Origin: Octopus sinensis
Taxonomy: Eukaryota
DNA: 64,000 bases
Assembly: GCF_006345805.1 (NCBI RefSeq)
Contig: NC_043002.1
Coordinates: 5,394,001-5,458,000, forward strand
Direction: 5' to 3'
Shown here: piece by piece, positions 13,364 to 26,635 of the stretch
Layout of the letters: the number at the start of each line of letters is the position of its first letter
Numbering within the stretch: the first letter of the stretch is position 1
The notes under the pieces: generated by a model
Told to the model about the DNA's origin: nothing
The model's input: the letters and a program-made list of their open reading frames with translations, nothing else
Database searches by the model: none
Translations under genes and position numbers: made by a program

Positions 13364-13390
13364 CTGTATTCACCTCTTCTTTATGGAAAC
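13364..13390 (-). CDS. Multi-CTLD gene; 27-nt linker micro-exon
   Basis: tttcaatttcag acceptor, CAG|gtaagt donor. RFHKEEVNT. Symmetric phase 1-1. Confidence 0.75.
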
Positions 13391-13424
13391 CTGAAATTGA
13401 AACAGAATCAATATTATAATCTAC

Positions 13425-14136
13425 TTTGGACAAAACACATTGTTAAAATTGCCAAGAAGGCTGAGGGTGTCTTGGCATCACTCACCAAGCCTTTTGTGAG
13501 CTGCTCTCCAGCTATCTATCTGCGGCTTTATACAGCTATAGTGTGACCTCACCTGGAATTTGCATCACCAGTCTGGAACCCCTATCTTGCCCAGGATATT
13601 AATCGTCTGGAAGTCGTTCAGCGACAAGTAACCAAGAGAATAATCTCCTTCAGGCATTTGCTATATTCTGAACACCTTACTTCCCTGGACATGGACACAT
13701 TGAAACTCCAACGTCAGCTGACTTGACAGACACCCATAAAATTATTAACCATCTTACAAACAATAACTCTGAGCACCTTTTCAAATTCCACCTGTCTAAC
13801 ACCTGTGGACATGTTTACAAAGTCAGAAAACAGCACAGCTCCCATGACTTTCAGAAACATTTTTTCCTGCTAAGAGTTGCTGAAGCATGGAACAAACTGC
13901 CGGCATCAGTTGTTAGTTGTCGGAGCACTGCGCCCTTCAAAACTTCCATGCTTCCTGAGATTCGCCAGCACTACACCTGATTTTCTCCCCTCCATACACA
14001 TGCAAGCATGTATCTGACTCATACAATGTTCACTTTCCAGACATTTGTACATTACTGCATATACTTTATACGCACTTTTGACAAGTTGTGGTGCACCTGA
14101 GCACTGTATACAATAATTTCATTATTATCATTATTA
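13425..14136 (+). mobile_element. CR1-clade LINE 3' fragment
   Basis: PHLEFASPVWNPYLAQDINRLEVVQR...GHVYKV...FFLLRVAEAWNKLP, followed by a 3' UTR and short (ATT)n tail. Confidence 0.85.
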
Positions 14137-14399
14137 AAAAACTGTTTACTTGTCAGCTGGAGTTTATATCTCTGATATATTTCTAAAGACATTCTTGCAA
14201 ATATGACATGTTCTTAGCATCACATTTCATCAGACAGTCTCTTTATATAATCATTATTGTTATTGTTTTTTCTTAGGTTTGATCAAGCAGCCTCGTCATC
14301 AAAATGTTTCTGTTGTGACCATCCCATCTTTATAGTGTTATTTAGGACAACATTATTGAATATGTCCTTCCAAATTTAAAATGGTGGGGTGCTGTCATT

Positions 14400-14803
14400 T
14401 ACTGTTGTTGATGTTGTTGCTGATGCTGTTGCTGTTGAGCGAACGGTCTTCATCCCAGAGCTCACAAGATGGGAGAAGTCCGAAACGTGGTCCTTTACTA
14501 TTCGTAAGACCTGCAGAAGAGAAAGCAGGTCAACCCCCAACACCGAGAGCATCGACGGATGGATGAATGCGCATCCAGGCTCACCGGTTGCGTAGGAAGT
14601 CGGGGACAAGAAACAGGAAGAAAGAATGAGAGAAAGTTGGAGCAAAAGAGTACAACAGGGGTCGCCACCACCCCCTGCCGGAGTCTCGTGGAGCTTTAGG
14701 TGTTTTCGCTCAATAAACACATATGATGCTCGGTCTGGGAATCGACACCGCGATCCTCCAACCGCGAGTCCGCTGCCCCTAACCATTGGGCCATTGCACC
14801 TCC
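14400..14803 (-). mobile_element. tRNA-derived SINE family D; second copy at 7379-7771, variant at 21598-21900
   Basis: tRNA-like head (TGGCCCAATGGTTAGGG...GTTTCGATTCC) and (CAG/CAA)n tail. The two full copies are highly similar. Confidence 0.8.
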
Positions 14804-15132
14804 ACTTACTGTTGCTGATGTCGGTGGTGTGAAAATAATGGCTGCACCAGGCTCCAATCTGATCTGGCAGAGTTTCTACAGTTGGATGCCCTTCCTAATG
14901 CCAACCACTCCTATAGTGCAAGTGGGTGCTTTTACATGCCACCAGCACGATGGCCATTCAGGCAGTACTGGAAACGGCCACACTCAAATGGTGTTTTTTA
15001 CATGCCACCTGCACAGGAACCAGTCCAGCAGCACTGGCAACAACCTCGCTTGAATGTTTTTTCACATGCCACCGGCACAAGTGCCAGTAAGGCGGTACTG
15101 GTAACAATCATGCCACCAGCATGGAAGCCAGT

Positions 15133-15352
15133 TATGAGGGGGTGCTGAAAAGTTCCTGGCTTTAAGGATCTTATGAAAGGCCTGGCTGGAGGACCAAACT
15201 TCCAAATTCTTTTACAGAGCTTAGAAAAACTGAAGGATGCTGCAATAAGTGTATCAATCTGAGAGGGGAATATATTGAATGAAAACATAATTAACTGATT
15301 CTCCAGTATTTTGTTTTACCCAAAGCCGGGAACTTTTCAGTCCCTTTTCATA
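15133..15352 (+). mobile_element. Mariner-derived MITE
   Basis: TA flanks and about 30-bp imperfect TIRs (CTGAAAAGTTCCTGGCTTT / AAAGCCGGGAACTTTTCAG). Internal remnant resembles the mariner C-terminus (NKCINLRGEYIE*). Confidence 0.8.
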
Positions 15353-15671
15353 GTCTGAAGACCCTTTTCATTAAATTGTTTTAAACACCAACCTAATAAC
15401 TGACTCTAGATTAATAAAGGAAAGGTTGTTTTTTTTCCCTAAATCTCTCCAAATTCTTAACTATTTTCAAAATTAATTGTTACACGCAGGCAATATGTTT
15501 CACTAGAATTATGTTTACAAAAGGGTTAAGATAGGAGAGATGAAAACAACAAAACCTAAGTGAACTGGGTGGGGGAGGGTGAAAAGTAAGTTATGGAAAC
15601 TAATAAGGATTAAAATAATAATATGGAATCTGCTAATGATAAAAACAAGGAACAAAGAAGAAATTGCTTAC

Positions 15672-15833
15672 GAGGTGTCATTTTGCAAATCCAGTCTGCT
15701 GCCTGATCACAGTGGAGAGAATATATGTTAGGTTGCCATTGAGAGATGACCGGACATAAAGAGTGGAAAGAGAACGGAATCAGGCCGTGGTCTACATTAA
15801 CTGGATATTTGGAATTCAGCCATGTGATGTTAC
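15672..15833 (-). CDS. Multi-CTLD gene exon; CTLD-e C-terminal part
   Basis: tttatgcag acceptor, C|gtaagc donor. GNITWLNSKYPVNVDHGLIPFSFHSLCPVISQWQPNIYSLHCDQAADWICKMTP. Phase 1-1. Confidence 0.88.
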
Positions 15834-15848
15834 CTGCATAAAAAGAAA

Positions 15849-15850
<2 letters not shown>

Positions 15851-15890
<40 letters not shown>

Positions 15891-15954
15891 GAAGAAGAAG
15901 AAGAGAAGAAGAAGAAGAAGAAGAAGAAGAAGAAGAAGAAGAAGAAGAAGAAGA
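15851..15954. repeat. Compound (AAT)n(GAA)n microsatellite next to a splice acceptor
   Basis: Seen directly; begins about 15 nt from the acceptor at 15834. Confidence 0.95.
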
Positions 15955-16662
15955 TTTGAAGAAAGAAGGAAAAAAAAATAATGATGATAATATATATATA
16001 TGTAGGTGCAGGAGTGGCTGTGAGGTAAGAAGCTTGCTTCCTAACCCCATGCTTCCGGGTTCAGTCCCACTACGTGGCACCTTGGACAAGTGTCTTCTAC
16101 AATAGCCTCAGGTTGACCAAAGCCTTGTGAGTGGATTTGGTAGATGGAAACTGAAAGAAGCCCATCATATTTATATATATATATTTTTGTTTATTGCCCA
16201 CAAGGGGCTAAACATAGAGGGGACAAACAAGGACAGACAAAGGGATTAACTCAATTACATCGACCCCAGTGCATAACTGGTACTTTATTCATCGATCCCG
16301 AAAGGATGAAAGGCAAAGCCGACCTCGGCAGAATTTGAACTCAGAACGTAATGGCAGACGAAATACTGCTACGAATTTCACCCGGCGTGCTAACGTTTCT
16401 GCCAGCTCGCCGCCTTAAAATATTTATATATTTATAAATATTTATATATATATATGTATGTGTGTGTGTGTGTGTCTGTGTCTGTGCTTCTCCCCACACC
16501 ATAGCATGACAACCGATGTTGGTGTGTTTACATCCTTGTAGCTTAGTGTTTCGGCATAAGAGACCGATAGAATAAGTACTAAGCTTACAATAAATTGGGA
16601 GGGATTTGTTCGACTAAAGGTGGTGCTCCAGCAAGGCCACAGTCAAATAACTGAATCAATAA

Positions 16663-16709
<47 letters not shown>

Positions 16710-18192
16710 ATATATGTGTGTGTGAAATGAGCATTAAAAATTGCCTCAGTCCATCGGAAGTGCTTATCAGAATCATGATGCGATTTTTGAGACTGTAATT
16801 CCATTTTAACTGTTGCATGTTGCTTTTTATTTAACACTCTATGTAAGAGGCTGAATACTTGTACTCTGAAGTGGGAGTCAAAACTGGAATTCTAGATAGA
16901 TTACAGATACACAATGCATCCAACAGGCTTCATGTTAGTGGTCTTCAAGCCCAATTTTCATCATCATCCTCATCATCGTTTAACGTCCACTTTCCATGCT
17001 TGCATGGGTTGGATGGTTCGTTCAGGGTCTGGGAAGCCAGGAGGCTGCACCAGCCTCCAGTCTGATCTGGCAGTGTTTCTACAGCTGGATGCCCTTCCTA
17101 ACGCCGACCACTCCATGTGGGTAGTGGGTGCTTTTTACGTGCCACAGACACAGGTGCCAGGTGGGGCTGGTAACGGCCACGATCGGTTGGTGCTTTTTAT
17201 GTGCCACCGGCACAGAGGCCAGTCCAGGCGGCGCTGGCAACGGCCACGTTCGGATGGTGCTTTTTACGTGTCACCAGCACTGGTATCACAACTACAATTT
17301 CCATTGATTTTTGATCGATTTCAATTTCACTTGCCTCAACAGGTCTTCACAAGCAGAGTTTTGTGTCCCAAGCTTTTGCCGAACCACTAAGCTACGGGGA
17401 CGTAAACACACCAACATCGGTTGTCACGCGATGGTGTGTGGAGAAACACAGATATACACACACACACACAGATACACACTCACTCACACACACACACTTC
17501 TTTCAGTTTCCGTCTACCAAATCCACTCACAAAGAATTCTTGTGAAAGATGCCTCACTAAAGAATTGAACTTAAGAACTCATGATTGTAAAGCAAATTTC
17601 TTAACAATTCAGTTATGCTGAATTCACATAATACCAGTCATCTACTTGGGTGAATATAACTGAGTAAACCACACTCCCACCCCATACTATGAAGTCTTTT
17701 GTCTATGACAGAAATTATGATGTTTTAAATTAGTATAACTTCCATATTGAAGTCTAAGATTCTCTCTCCATTTCTCCCTCTTCCTTGGTCTGTCTCACAA
17801 ACTCTCTCTCTCTCTCTTGGTTCCAGTATTTATCTTGCATTGTATAGGGTCCATCATTACTCCAATTGACAGGTTATTCTGTCTATATAGAAAACCAGTC
17901 ACCATTTGCTAGGTCCCAGTATGACTATTTCAGACTGCAAGGTGGGTGGTTTTAAGACACAGAGTTTGAACCTAAGACACCATGAACTGAAATAGATACC
18001 ACAAGGCATCCCGTCCCCTTCTCTAACAATTCCAACAAACCACAACTACCATCACCGCCACCCAAGATTAGTAAATTATCTATTTGGTTAAACCCTTCAA
18101 GGTGGTGCTCAAGTTTGGCCACAATCCAATGACTGAAACCAACAAAAGATAAAATATAAAAGACGAAAGAAATTTTAAAATGTTGGACTCAC

Positions 18193-18239
18193 CTGATTCC
18201 GTAAAGCGACCACCCAGCCAATAAGGGTTGTTGTTTTTT
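18193..18239 (-). CDS. Multi-CTLD gene; 47-nt exon, CTLD-e WIGL-equivalent strand
   Basis: ttttgtttcag acceptor, CAG|gtgagt donor. (K)KNNNPYWLGGRFTES. Phase 2 to 1. Confidence 0.87.
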
Positions 18240-18823
18240 CTGAAACAAAACAAAAATCTCAAGTTTACAATCAAATTTCTGCTGTTGTTATTCTTGTTGT
18301 GGTTGCTGTTGCTGGTATTGTTATTGAAGTTATTTATTTACAGATTGGAACTGCTTGAGAAGAGCTATGATCAAATGCATTTCAGCCATGACCATCCCCT
18401 GGCAGAAACGTTAGCACGCTGGGCGAAAATCTTAGCAGAATTTCATCTGCCATTATGTTCTGAGTTCAAATTCCGCTGAGGTCAGCTTTGCCTTTCATCC
18501 TTCCGGGGTCGATAAATTAAGTACCAGTCACATATTGGGGTCGATGTAATCGACTTAATCCCTTTGTCTGTCCTTGTTTGTCCCCTCTGTGTTTGGCCCT
18601 TGTGGGCTGTACAGAAATAATATATTAGCCAATGAGGTTGTTTTTCAAGGCAGTAAGGTATGATTTAAGAGACTTTGGTCGTAATTAGTTGCACCTCAAA
18701 CCTTACAGAAGCTTCTTGATATGAGTGATAAGGCCTTGACAAGGTTTCATGTTTCAGGTGTAGCCATTTCATATGAAGGCTAATTGATATTTCAACCTGT
18801 CTATGTTTTTTATATAACATGAT

Positions 18824-19382
18824 TTAACCCGTTAACATTTAAACTGGGTATATCATCATCATCATCGTTTAACATCCGTTTTCCATGCTAGCATGGGTTG
18901 GACGGTTCGACCGGGGACTGGTAAGACATGGAGGCTGCACCAGGCTCCAGTCTGATTTGGCAGTGTTTCTACAGGTGGATGCTCTTCCTAACGCCCACCA
19001 CTTTGTGAGTGTAGTGGGTGTTTTTTGCGTGCCACCGGGACAGGGGCCAGAGTAGGCTGGCAAACGGCCACGATCGGTTGGTGCTTTTACGTATCACCGA
19101 CACGGACGCCAATCAGGTGGCGCTGGTGCTGGCATCTGCCATGTTCGGACGGTGCTTTTTACGTGTCAAGGTGCCAGGTACCTTAACTGGGTATATCTGG
19201 TTAAAATATGCTGAAACTAGTCAGACCTAACCTCTCACATCTACCTTACAAAATCATTCTGAAACTAAGCAATCACATCATCAAAATCTTGAAGCTATGA
19301 GATAATGCATGAATAATTCAAAACAAAGAGACTGAATAAGTAATTACACCTGAGAGAATTCTCTGAATGCTAAAGGATTAAA
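18824..19382 (+). mobile_element. Second piggyBac-type MITE family with a nested SINE; related pieces at about 5635-5793 and 55865-56075
   Basis: TTAACCCGTTAACATT...AATGCTAAAGGATTAA ends. The inserted (GAT)n-tailed SINE is flanked by duplicated AACTGGGTATATC. Confidence 0.6.
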
Positions 19383-19594
19383 ATAAGTTTTGATTTAAAG
19401 GAATTTGTCTTCAATTTCCTTCAATTCCAGGTGAGTTCCTGATGTGAGAGATAAGCTCTTGGTAAGCTAGCCATGTTCATGACACTAGGAATAGTCACCT
19501 ACAAACTTCTCACAACCTGAATAAATGATTCTTGGGGAGAGTGGGGAGACAGAGAGAGACAGTGTGCATATGTATGTGAGATAAAATTGACCGT

Positions 19595-19638
<44 letters not shown>

Positions 19639-22630
19639 AGGAGAGAGAGAGAGAGACAGAAAATATCACTGAGGCAGCATTACCGAAAGTAGTCTCCCTT
19701 GTTTAGTATGCTTACTATTTGATGTATGAAGTACAAATGTCTTGGTAAAAACTGGTTATTGACATTCAAATAATTTGCTGAATGCTTTATACGTTTAAAA
19801 ATATGCCATTCATTGTTTCAGAGCAGTCAGGTCTCTTGAGGAATACTCTTTACTCTTTTTACTCTTATACTTGTTTCAGTCATTTGACTGCGGCCATGCT
19901 GGAGCACCGCCTTTAGTTGAGCGAATCGACCCCTGGACTTATTCTTCGTAAGCCTAGTACTTATTCTGTCAGTCTCTTTTGCCGAACTGCTAAGTAAACA
20001 CACCAGCATCGGTTGTCAAGTGATGTCGGGGGGACAAACACAGACACACAAACACACACACACACACACATATATATACATATGTACGATGGGCTTCTTT
20101 CAGTTTCCGTCTACCAAATCCACTCACAAGGCTTTGGTCGGCCCGAGGCTATAGTAGAAGACACTTGCCCAAGGTGCCACGCAGTGGGACTGATCCCAGA
20201 ACCATGTGGCTGGTAAACAAGCAATTTACCACACAGCCACTTTACTTTATTAGTGATGACTGCTTCCAATGAGTATTCATTAAGATATAAGACATGTCCT
20301 TGATATAAATGTGTGTGTGTGTGTGTGTGTACATGTGTATAATCATCATTAGCACTCATTATTTTATTAGTTTCTGTCATTTGACTGCCGCCATGCTGGA
20401 GCACCACCTTAAAGGGTTTTAGTCAAACAAATCAACCCCAAGGCTTATTCTTTGTAAGCCTAGTACTTATTCTATCAGTCTCTTTTTGCCGAACCACTAA
20501 GTTACAGGAGCTGTAAACACACCAACATCAGTTGTCAAGCGATGATGGTGGGGACAAATACAGACACAAAGTCACACACACACAGATAGGCTTCTTTCAG
20601 TCTCTGTCTAGCAAATCCACTCACAAGGCCCGAAGTTATAGTAGAAGACACTTGCCCAAGGTACCAAGGCGGTGAGCTGGCAGAACCTTTAGCACGCCGG
20701 GTGAAATGCTTAGCGGTATTTCGTCTGCCGTTACATTCTGAGTTCAAATTCCGCCATGGTCGACTTTGCCTTTCATCCTTTCAGGGTTGATTAAATAAGT
20801 ACCAGTTATGCACTGGGGTCAATGTAATCGACTTAATCCGTTTGTCTGTCCTTGTTTATCCCCTCTGTGTTTAGCCCCTTGTGGGTAGTAAAGGAATAGT
20901 TCCAATGCATTGGAACTAAACCTAGAAGCACATGGGTGGGAAGTAAGCTTCTTACGACCCAGCTACGCCTGTCTATGCTTGCCTGTATGGATGGTTAAGT
21001 ATTTTATTCTGCTTCCCAACCAAGTCATTTGGTGTTCAATCTTACAGAGCTTTGTGAGTGGATTTGGTAGATGGAAACTGAGAGGAGCCCATCACATATA
21101 TCATTATCATCAACGATATTTAAGGTCCATTTTCCATGCTGGCATGGGTTGAATGACATAACAGGAACTGGCAAGGCCAGGGGTCACACCAGGTTTCATA
21201 GTTTTTTGGGTTTGGTTTCTACTGTTGGATGCCCTTCCTAATGTCAGCCTCTCCACAGAGTGACTGGCACCAGCATCCACACCAATGCTTTTTACTTGGA
21301 ACCTTGGTTTTAAGATCTCAATTCTGGTGTGGTGGGCAGGTCCTCTCAAATGCAGCAATGCACCACACACACACACACACAATCATCATCATTTGATGTC
21401 CACTTTGTCATGCTCATATGGGTCAGATGGAATTTATTGAAGCAGATTTTCTATGGCTGGATGCCCTTCCTGTTGCCAACCTTTACCTGTGTCCAAGTAA
21501 GGCATTATTTCTCGCTAATTAAACATGTTTTCATGGAACATGTAAACAAAGGTTAGTGACATATTTATGTGCACATAAACAAAATGTTCAGTAGATCAGT
21601 GTGTTCCTTCTTGAGCCATGCTTGGCTCATAAGGGCCAGTTTCCCGGTTTCCTTGGTGCATAGGTTCCCCACCTGGACGGGATGCTGGTAAGTTGTAGGT
21701 GAGCTGCAAGATGCAGGAGGAAAGAGTGAAAGAAAGTTGTGGTAAAAGAGTCAGCAGAAGTTTGCCATTACCTAATGCCGGAGCTGCGTGTAGCTTAGGT
21801 GTTTTGCTCATAAACACACACATCGCCCGGTCTGAGATTCGAATCTGCGATCCCTCGACCGCGAGTTCGCTGCTCTAACCACTAGGCCATGTGTCTCCCC
21901 GCAGTAGATCAGTGGCTCAACATGGCAAAGATGGGGAGTAAAATACCTTACTTGAAAATAAGTAAGTATTTTGGTGTCATGAAGGTCTTCTGACTATAGA
22001 ATACTGCCTCATATGTCTTGTCCAAGCAACAAAAGAATGAAAATAAATGAATATAGAAAGGATGATGATGATGATGATGAAGATGGATGTGATGATGATG
22101 ACGATGATAGTGATGATGATGATGATACATGTTTAATGTCAAAGCTTTATTGTACACTTCATTCAGAATGACTGTAGTAAAATTAAATCGATATTGTTCT
22201 TAGAAATTCCCAGAAAGAGGACCCTGTAAGAACTAAGGTGCTTGTTTGATTTCTGCAATATTGAACAAATTATCTGCTGAAGAAGGGCAATGAGTGTTTT
22301 GTCCTTTACAATAATTTAGGACATTGAATGAATTAGTTTTTTTTATATAGTGTCATGAGAAAAGCACCCAGTACTCTCTGTAAAGAGGTTGGCATAAGGA
22401 AGTGAATTCCAGTTATAGAATTGATGCCAAAGTGCAGACACTGGAACTTCACGCAGCCTCCTGGCTTATCAGTTCCTCTTGAACCATCAAAACCATGCTG
22501 ACAGGGTAAAAGGGATGCTAAATGATTATGATGATGATGATGATGATGATGATCTGAAAAAAGATGAGGTGTTCTTGGTTGGAATGCTTTTGATCATAGG
22601 TCTACTCAATTTAGGGTTGATTTGATGCTA

Positions 22631-22682
<52 letters not shown>

Positions 22683-22684
<2 letters not shown>

Positions 22685-24276
22685 GTGAAGACCACAAATT
22701 CAGTTGTGTTAGATGTTGACACAGTCATAAGAGAGCTTGAGCAAGAACAAACATACAAATATTTAGGGATAAATGAAGGCTCTGGTATTCAGCATGCAAG
22801 CATGAAAGAGAAGATCAGGAAGGAATGTTATAGGAGAGTTCGTGCAGTCCTGAAATCTGAACTAAATGCACGTAACAAGGTGTTAGCTATAAATTCCTTA
22901 GCAGTTCCAGTTGTTACTTATAGCTACAATGTGTTGAACTGGAATATGAGTGAAGTAAAGAATATAGATAGGAAAATACGCAAGCTGCTGAGTTGTAATA
23001 GGATGCACCACCCAAAGGTAGACGTAGATTGCCTTTACCTTCCCAGAGCCCAAGGAGGTCGAGGCCTGATCCAATTTGAACTAGCTTACAAAACAACCAC
23101 AATTGGACTGGCCAAATATCTCGAAATAACGAATGACTGGATGCTAATGCTCGTGGAAAATCACGAGAGATGAAAGAAGCTTCATTCTATCATAAAGGAA
23201 AGCAAAAAATTTGCTATTGATCTCGTGCAGGATACCCAAACTGAACAACCCGAGGGAAGTACGGCAACTATTGTTGCAAAGAAGGTGAAAATAATGGCAA
23301 CGAATAAAGCGCACGAGCAATTGGCTGATAGGTGGGAGGAGAAACCTCTGCACGGCAAATAGGTGGCCCGCAGCAAACAAGCTGATGTTGACCAGAAGCA
23401 AACCCATCAGTGGCTACGGAGCTCAGGGCTAAAAGCAGAGAGCGAAGGTTTCATCCTGGCTGCTCAAGATCAAAGCCTATTAACCCGGAACTACCAGGCC
23501 AATATGATGAAAAATGGAGCAGACCCAAAATGCCGATTCTGCAATGACATGATTGAAACAGTGGACCACCTAATCTCTGGATGTAAAGTCTTAGCACCAG
23601 TGGAGTATAAATTAAGACATGACAGAGTTGGCCAATATCTACACTGGCTAATAAGTCGGCATTACAATATCAAAACTGCCGACAAGTGGTATAATCACCA
23701 CCCTGAGGCTGTAACTGAAGGAGAAAATGTAACGATTCTGTGGGACTTTCCAGTACATACAGACCGAACCATCAAGGCCAATAAACCAGATATTGTTGTG
23801 AAAGACCAAAACAATAAAGTTTGCTTATTGATCGACATGAGCATCCCCTGTGATCATAATATCTCAGCAAAAGAGTTTGACAAGCTCAGAAAATATAAAG
23901 ACCTACTCATTGAAATTGAGAAAATGTGGCATCTCAAGGCGGTTACAATACCAGTGATCGTAGGAGCACTAGGAATGATCAAGAAGGGAACCGAAAATTA
24001 TATGAGAATGATCCCTGGCTTACCATCCCTGCAAGAAGTGCAAAAGATTGTCTTAACTGGTACATCACACGTATTGAGAAGAGCATTGTCGATGTGAGAA
24101 CTGTTGCTGCTCATGTATTTTAATTTAACTTAAAAAAAAAAATTTTTTTTAAAAATGAATGAACTATTGAGTTTGGTTTAATGGCCTACCAATGTATACT
24201 ATGAGTTTCTTTGCCCTAGGAGTTGGGAAGACACTCGGCAAAAAATGGAAGCAAATTTGAAAGAAGAAAAAAAAAG
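22683..24276 (+). mobile_element. 5'-truncated R4/Dong-like non-LTR retrotransposon (RT C-terminus, CCHC finger, restriction-like endonuclease)
   Basis: One reading frame with two nonsense codons (23171, 23360). Motifs YKYLG, LYLPRAQGGRGL, CRFCNDMIETVDHLISGC, RHD, NKPDIVVKDQNNKVCLLIDMSIP. Flanked by (AAT)n on both sides. Confidence 0.9.
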
Positions 24277-24599
24277 TAATAATAATAATAATAATATTTC
24301 AAGACATGGAATTAAAGAATGGTGGTCAGCCTCTATTGTATTCCACCTATTTTCCAGGCTAAGACAATATAGTATACATCACACCAACAATGCTCTCAGA
24401 ACTCATTCAAGATTTAGAACAAATGAAAGAAGAGGACATTGACACCACAGATGATGACCTTAGTGGTGTCCAGGTCACATTTATAAAAACAAACAAAAAA
24501 AACAGGAAACAGAAAACTATGAAGCAGCAGCAGTAAGAGTAGAACAAAAGAGAGAGTGGGTGTATAAAGAGAGAGAGAGAAAGAGAGAGAGAGAGAGGA

Positions 24600-24650
<51 letters not shown>

Positions 24651-24707
24651 TCTAAGCAAGCAATTTTTCATAAATCAAAGAAGTAGAAAGATCTGTGATT
24701 GGTTTAC

Positions 24708-24835
24708 TTCATTACATTGGTCCGAAGGAACATCAATTCTTCATCTGATTCAAGGCTAACCAGAAGGGCTGAATGCTCCTGACATGAATGCAATGCATCA
24801 ATCCATTTTAATCCATGTAAGTTGGTGTAAAATTC
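24708..24835 (-). CDS. Multi-CTLD gene exon; CTLD-e helices
   Basis: attttcag acceptor, AA|gtaaac donor. EFYTNLHGLKWIDALHSCQEHSALLVSLESDEELMFLRTNVM. Phase 0 to 2. Confidence 0.9.
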
Positions 24836-24959
24836 CTGAAAATATAAGAAAATATTTAGACAAGTTTTATAACTATATAAAACATGCAGGCCTAGCCATT
24901 TGGTCAAGCAGTTCCCTTTGCTACAATGTGGTTCTGAGGTTGATCGAAGTTGAAATCAA

Positions 24960-25417
24960 ACTCGGTGTCTGGCATCTGTTGCTAGTGGAGTGTTAAGAGT
25001 ACCATACAAGTGAGATCGTTGCCAGAGCAACAAGCTGGCCTTCGTGCCAATGGCACATTAACCACATCATTCGAGCGTGATCGTTACCGTGTCGCCTTAC
25101 TAGCACTTGTGCTGGTGGCACGTGAAACATTCGAGCGAGGTCATCGCCAGTGCCGCAGGACTGGCTCCTGTGCAGGTGGCACGTAAAAAGCACCATTTGG
25201 GTGTGGCCATTGCCAGTACCACTAAACTGGCCCTCGTGCCGGTGGGACGTAAAAACACCCACTACAATCTCGGAGTGGTTGGCGTTAGGAAGGGCATCCA
25301 GCTGTAGAAACTCTGCCAGATCAGATTGGAGCCTGGTTCGCCTGACCTCAGTCAAATCGTCCAACCCATGCTAGCATGGAAAGCGGACGTTAAATGATGA
25401 TGATGATGATGATGATG
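24960..25417 (+). mobile_element. SINE family C with (GAT)n tail; about 18 other copies, e.g. 285-480, 11968-12295, 12977-13335, 16958-17300, 27168-27430, 34292-34750, 38870-39330, 43893-44350, 46653-46910, 49735-50155, 57128-57520, 59023-59375
   Basis: Conserved GGCGTTAGGAAGGGCATCCAGCTGTAGAAAC...CCCATGCTAGCATGGAAAGCGGACGTTAAACGATGATGAT end and a variable internal minisatellite. Confidence 0.85.
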
Positions 25418-25562
25418 AAAGTGACAACTTGAATAAGTGTCTTCGACAGTAAACTTGAATTGATAAATGCCTTGTGAGTGGAATTTGTTAAGAGGGAAAC
25501 TGTATTGAATCTCTTCATATATGTCTGTCTGTGTATCTATCTAACCATCTATCTATATGTAT

Positions 25563-25875
25563 ATGTGTGGTGTGTGTGTGGCGTGTGGTGTGTGTGTGGT
25601 GTGTGTCTGTGTGTGTGTGTGGTGTGTGTGTGTGTGTCTGTGTGTGTGTGGTATGTGTGTGTGTGTGTGTGTGGTGTATGTGTGTGGTGTGTGGTGTGTG
25701 TCTGTGTGTGTGTGTGGTGTGTGTGTGTCTGTGTGTGTGTGTGGTATGTGTGTGTGTATGGTGTGTGTGTGTGGTGTGTGGTGTGTGTGTGTGTGGTGTG
25801 TCTGTGTGTGTGTGGTGTGGTGTGTGTGTGTGTGTCTGTGTGTGTGTGTGGTGTGTGGTGTGTGTGTGGTGTGTG
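25563..25875. repeat. Cryptic (GT)n microsatellite
   Basis: Interrupted GT tract of about 310 bp. Confidence 0.95.
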
Positions 25876-26181
25876 ATCATTGTTGGCAACTGTGTGGTGA
25901 TGGCAGTACTATACTGTCTTTTTTCTTATTGTCTCAAAGATCATCTTCATCATCATCATCATCAACAACCATACGGTTGTTTTCCCATGAATCTGCAACA
26001 CATTCGTGTGATATAATCCTACGTCCCCTCCCTAGTAAGACCCATCATTGTCCAGACTCCTTCCTTTCGCCTATTCTTTCGTTTGTCTCTACTCGAGGAG
26101 TCTTTTCAAATTACCATCTTAAGGCAATTTTTTTCTCCCACATTGAAATGATTAACACCCAAAAGCATTTTTAGCATTCCT

Positions 26182-26487
26182 ACACACACACACACACTCA
26201 CACACGCACACTCACACACACTCACACACACACACTCACACACACACACTCACACACACTCACACACACACACACTCAGACACACTCACACACACACACA
26301 CACAAACACACACACTCTCACACACACACTCACAAACACACACACTCACTCACACACACACACACACACTCTCACACACAAACACACACACACTCACACA
26401 CCACACTCACACACACACACACTCACACACACTGTTACACACACTCTCTCACACACACACATACACACATGCACACACACACACACA
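26182..26487. repeat. Cryptic (CA)n microsatellite
   Basis: CA tract with CT interruptions, about 300 bp. Confidence 0.95.
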
Positions 26488-26635
26488 ATACATATACAGA
26501 CACATACATCATCCTCTTTTTAATGTTCACTTTTCCACGCTTGGAAATGACTTTCTATAAGTTGATACCCCCCTCCACCACCCGATGCTGACCCTCAATT
26601 ATTTGTACAAATTCTCAATGCAAAATCTAATTTAC

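Noticed and set aside
14730-14803. tRNA gene
   Set aside because: It is the tRNA-derived head of a multi-copy SINE, with imperfect cloverleaf pairing.
25478-26174. Cys/Val-rich and His/Thr-rich ORFs
   Set aside because: Translations of the GT microsatellite.
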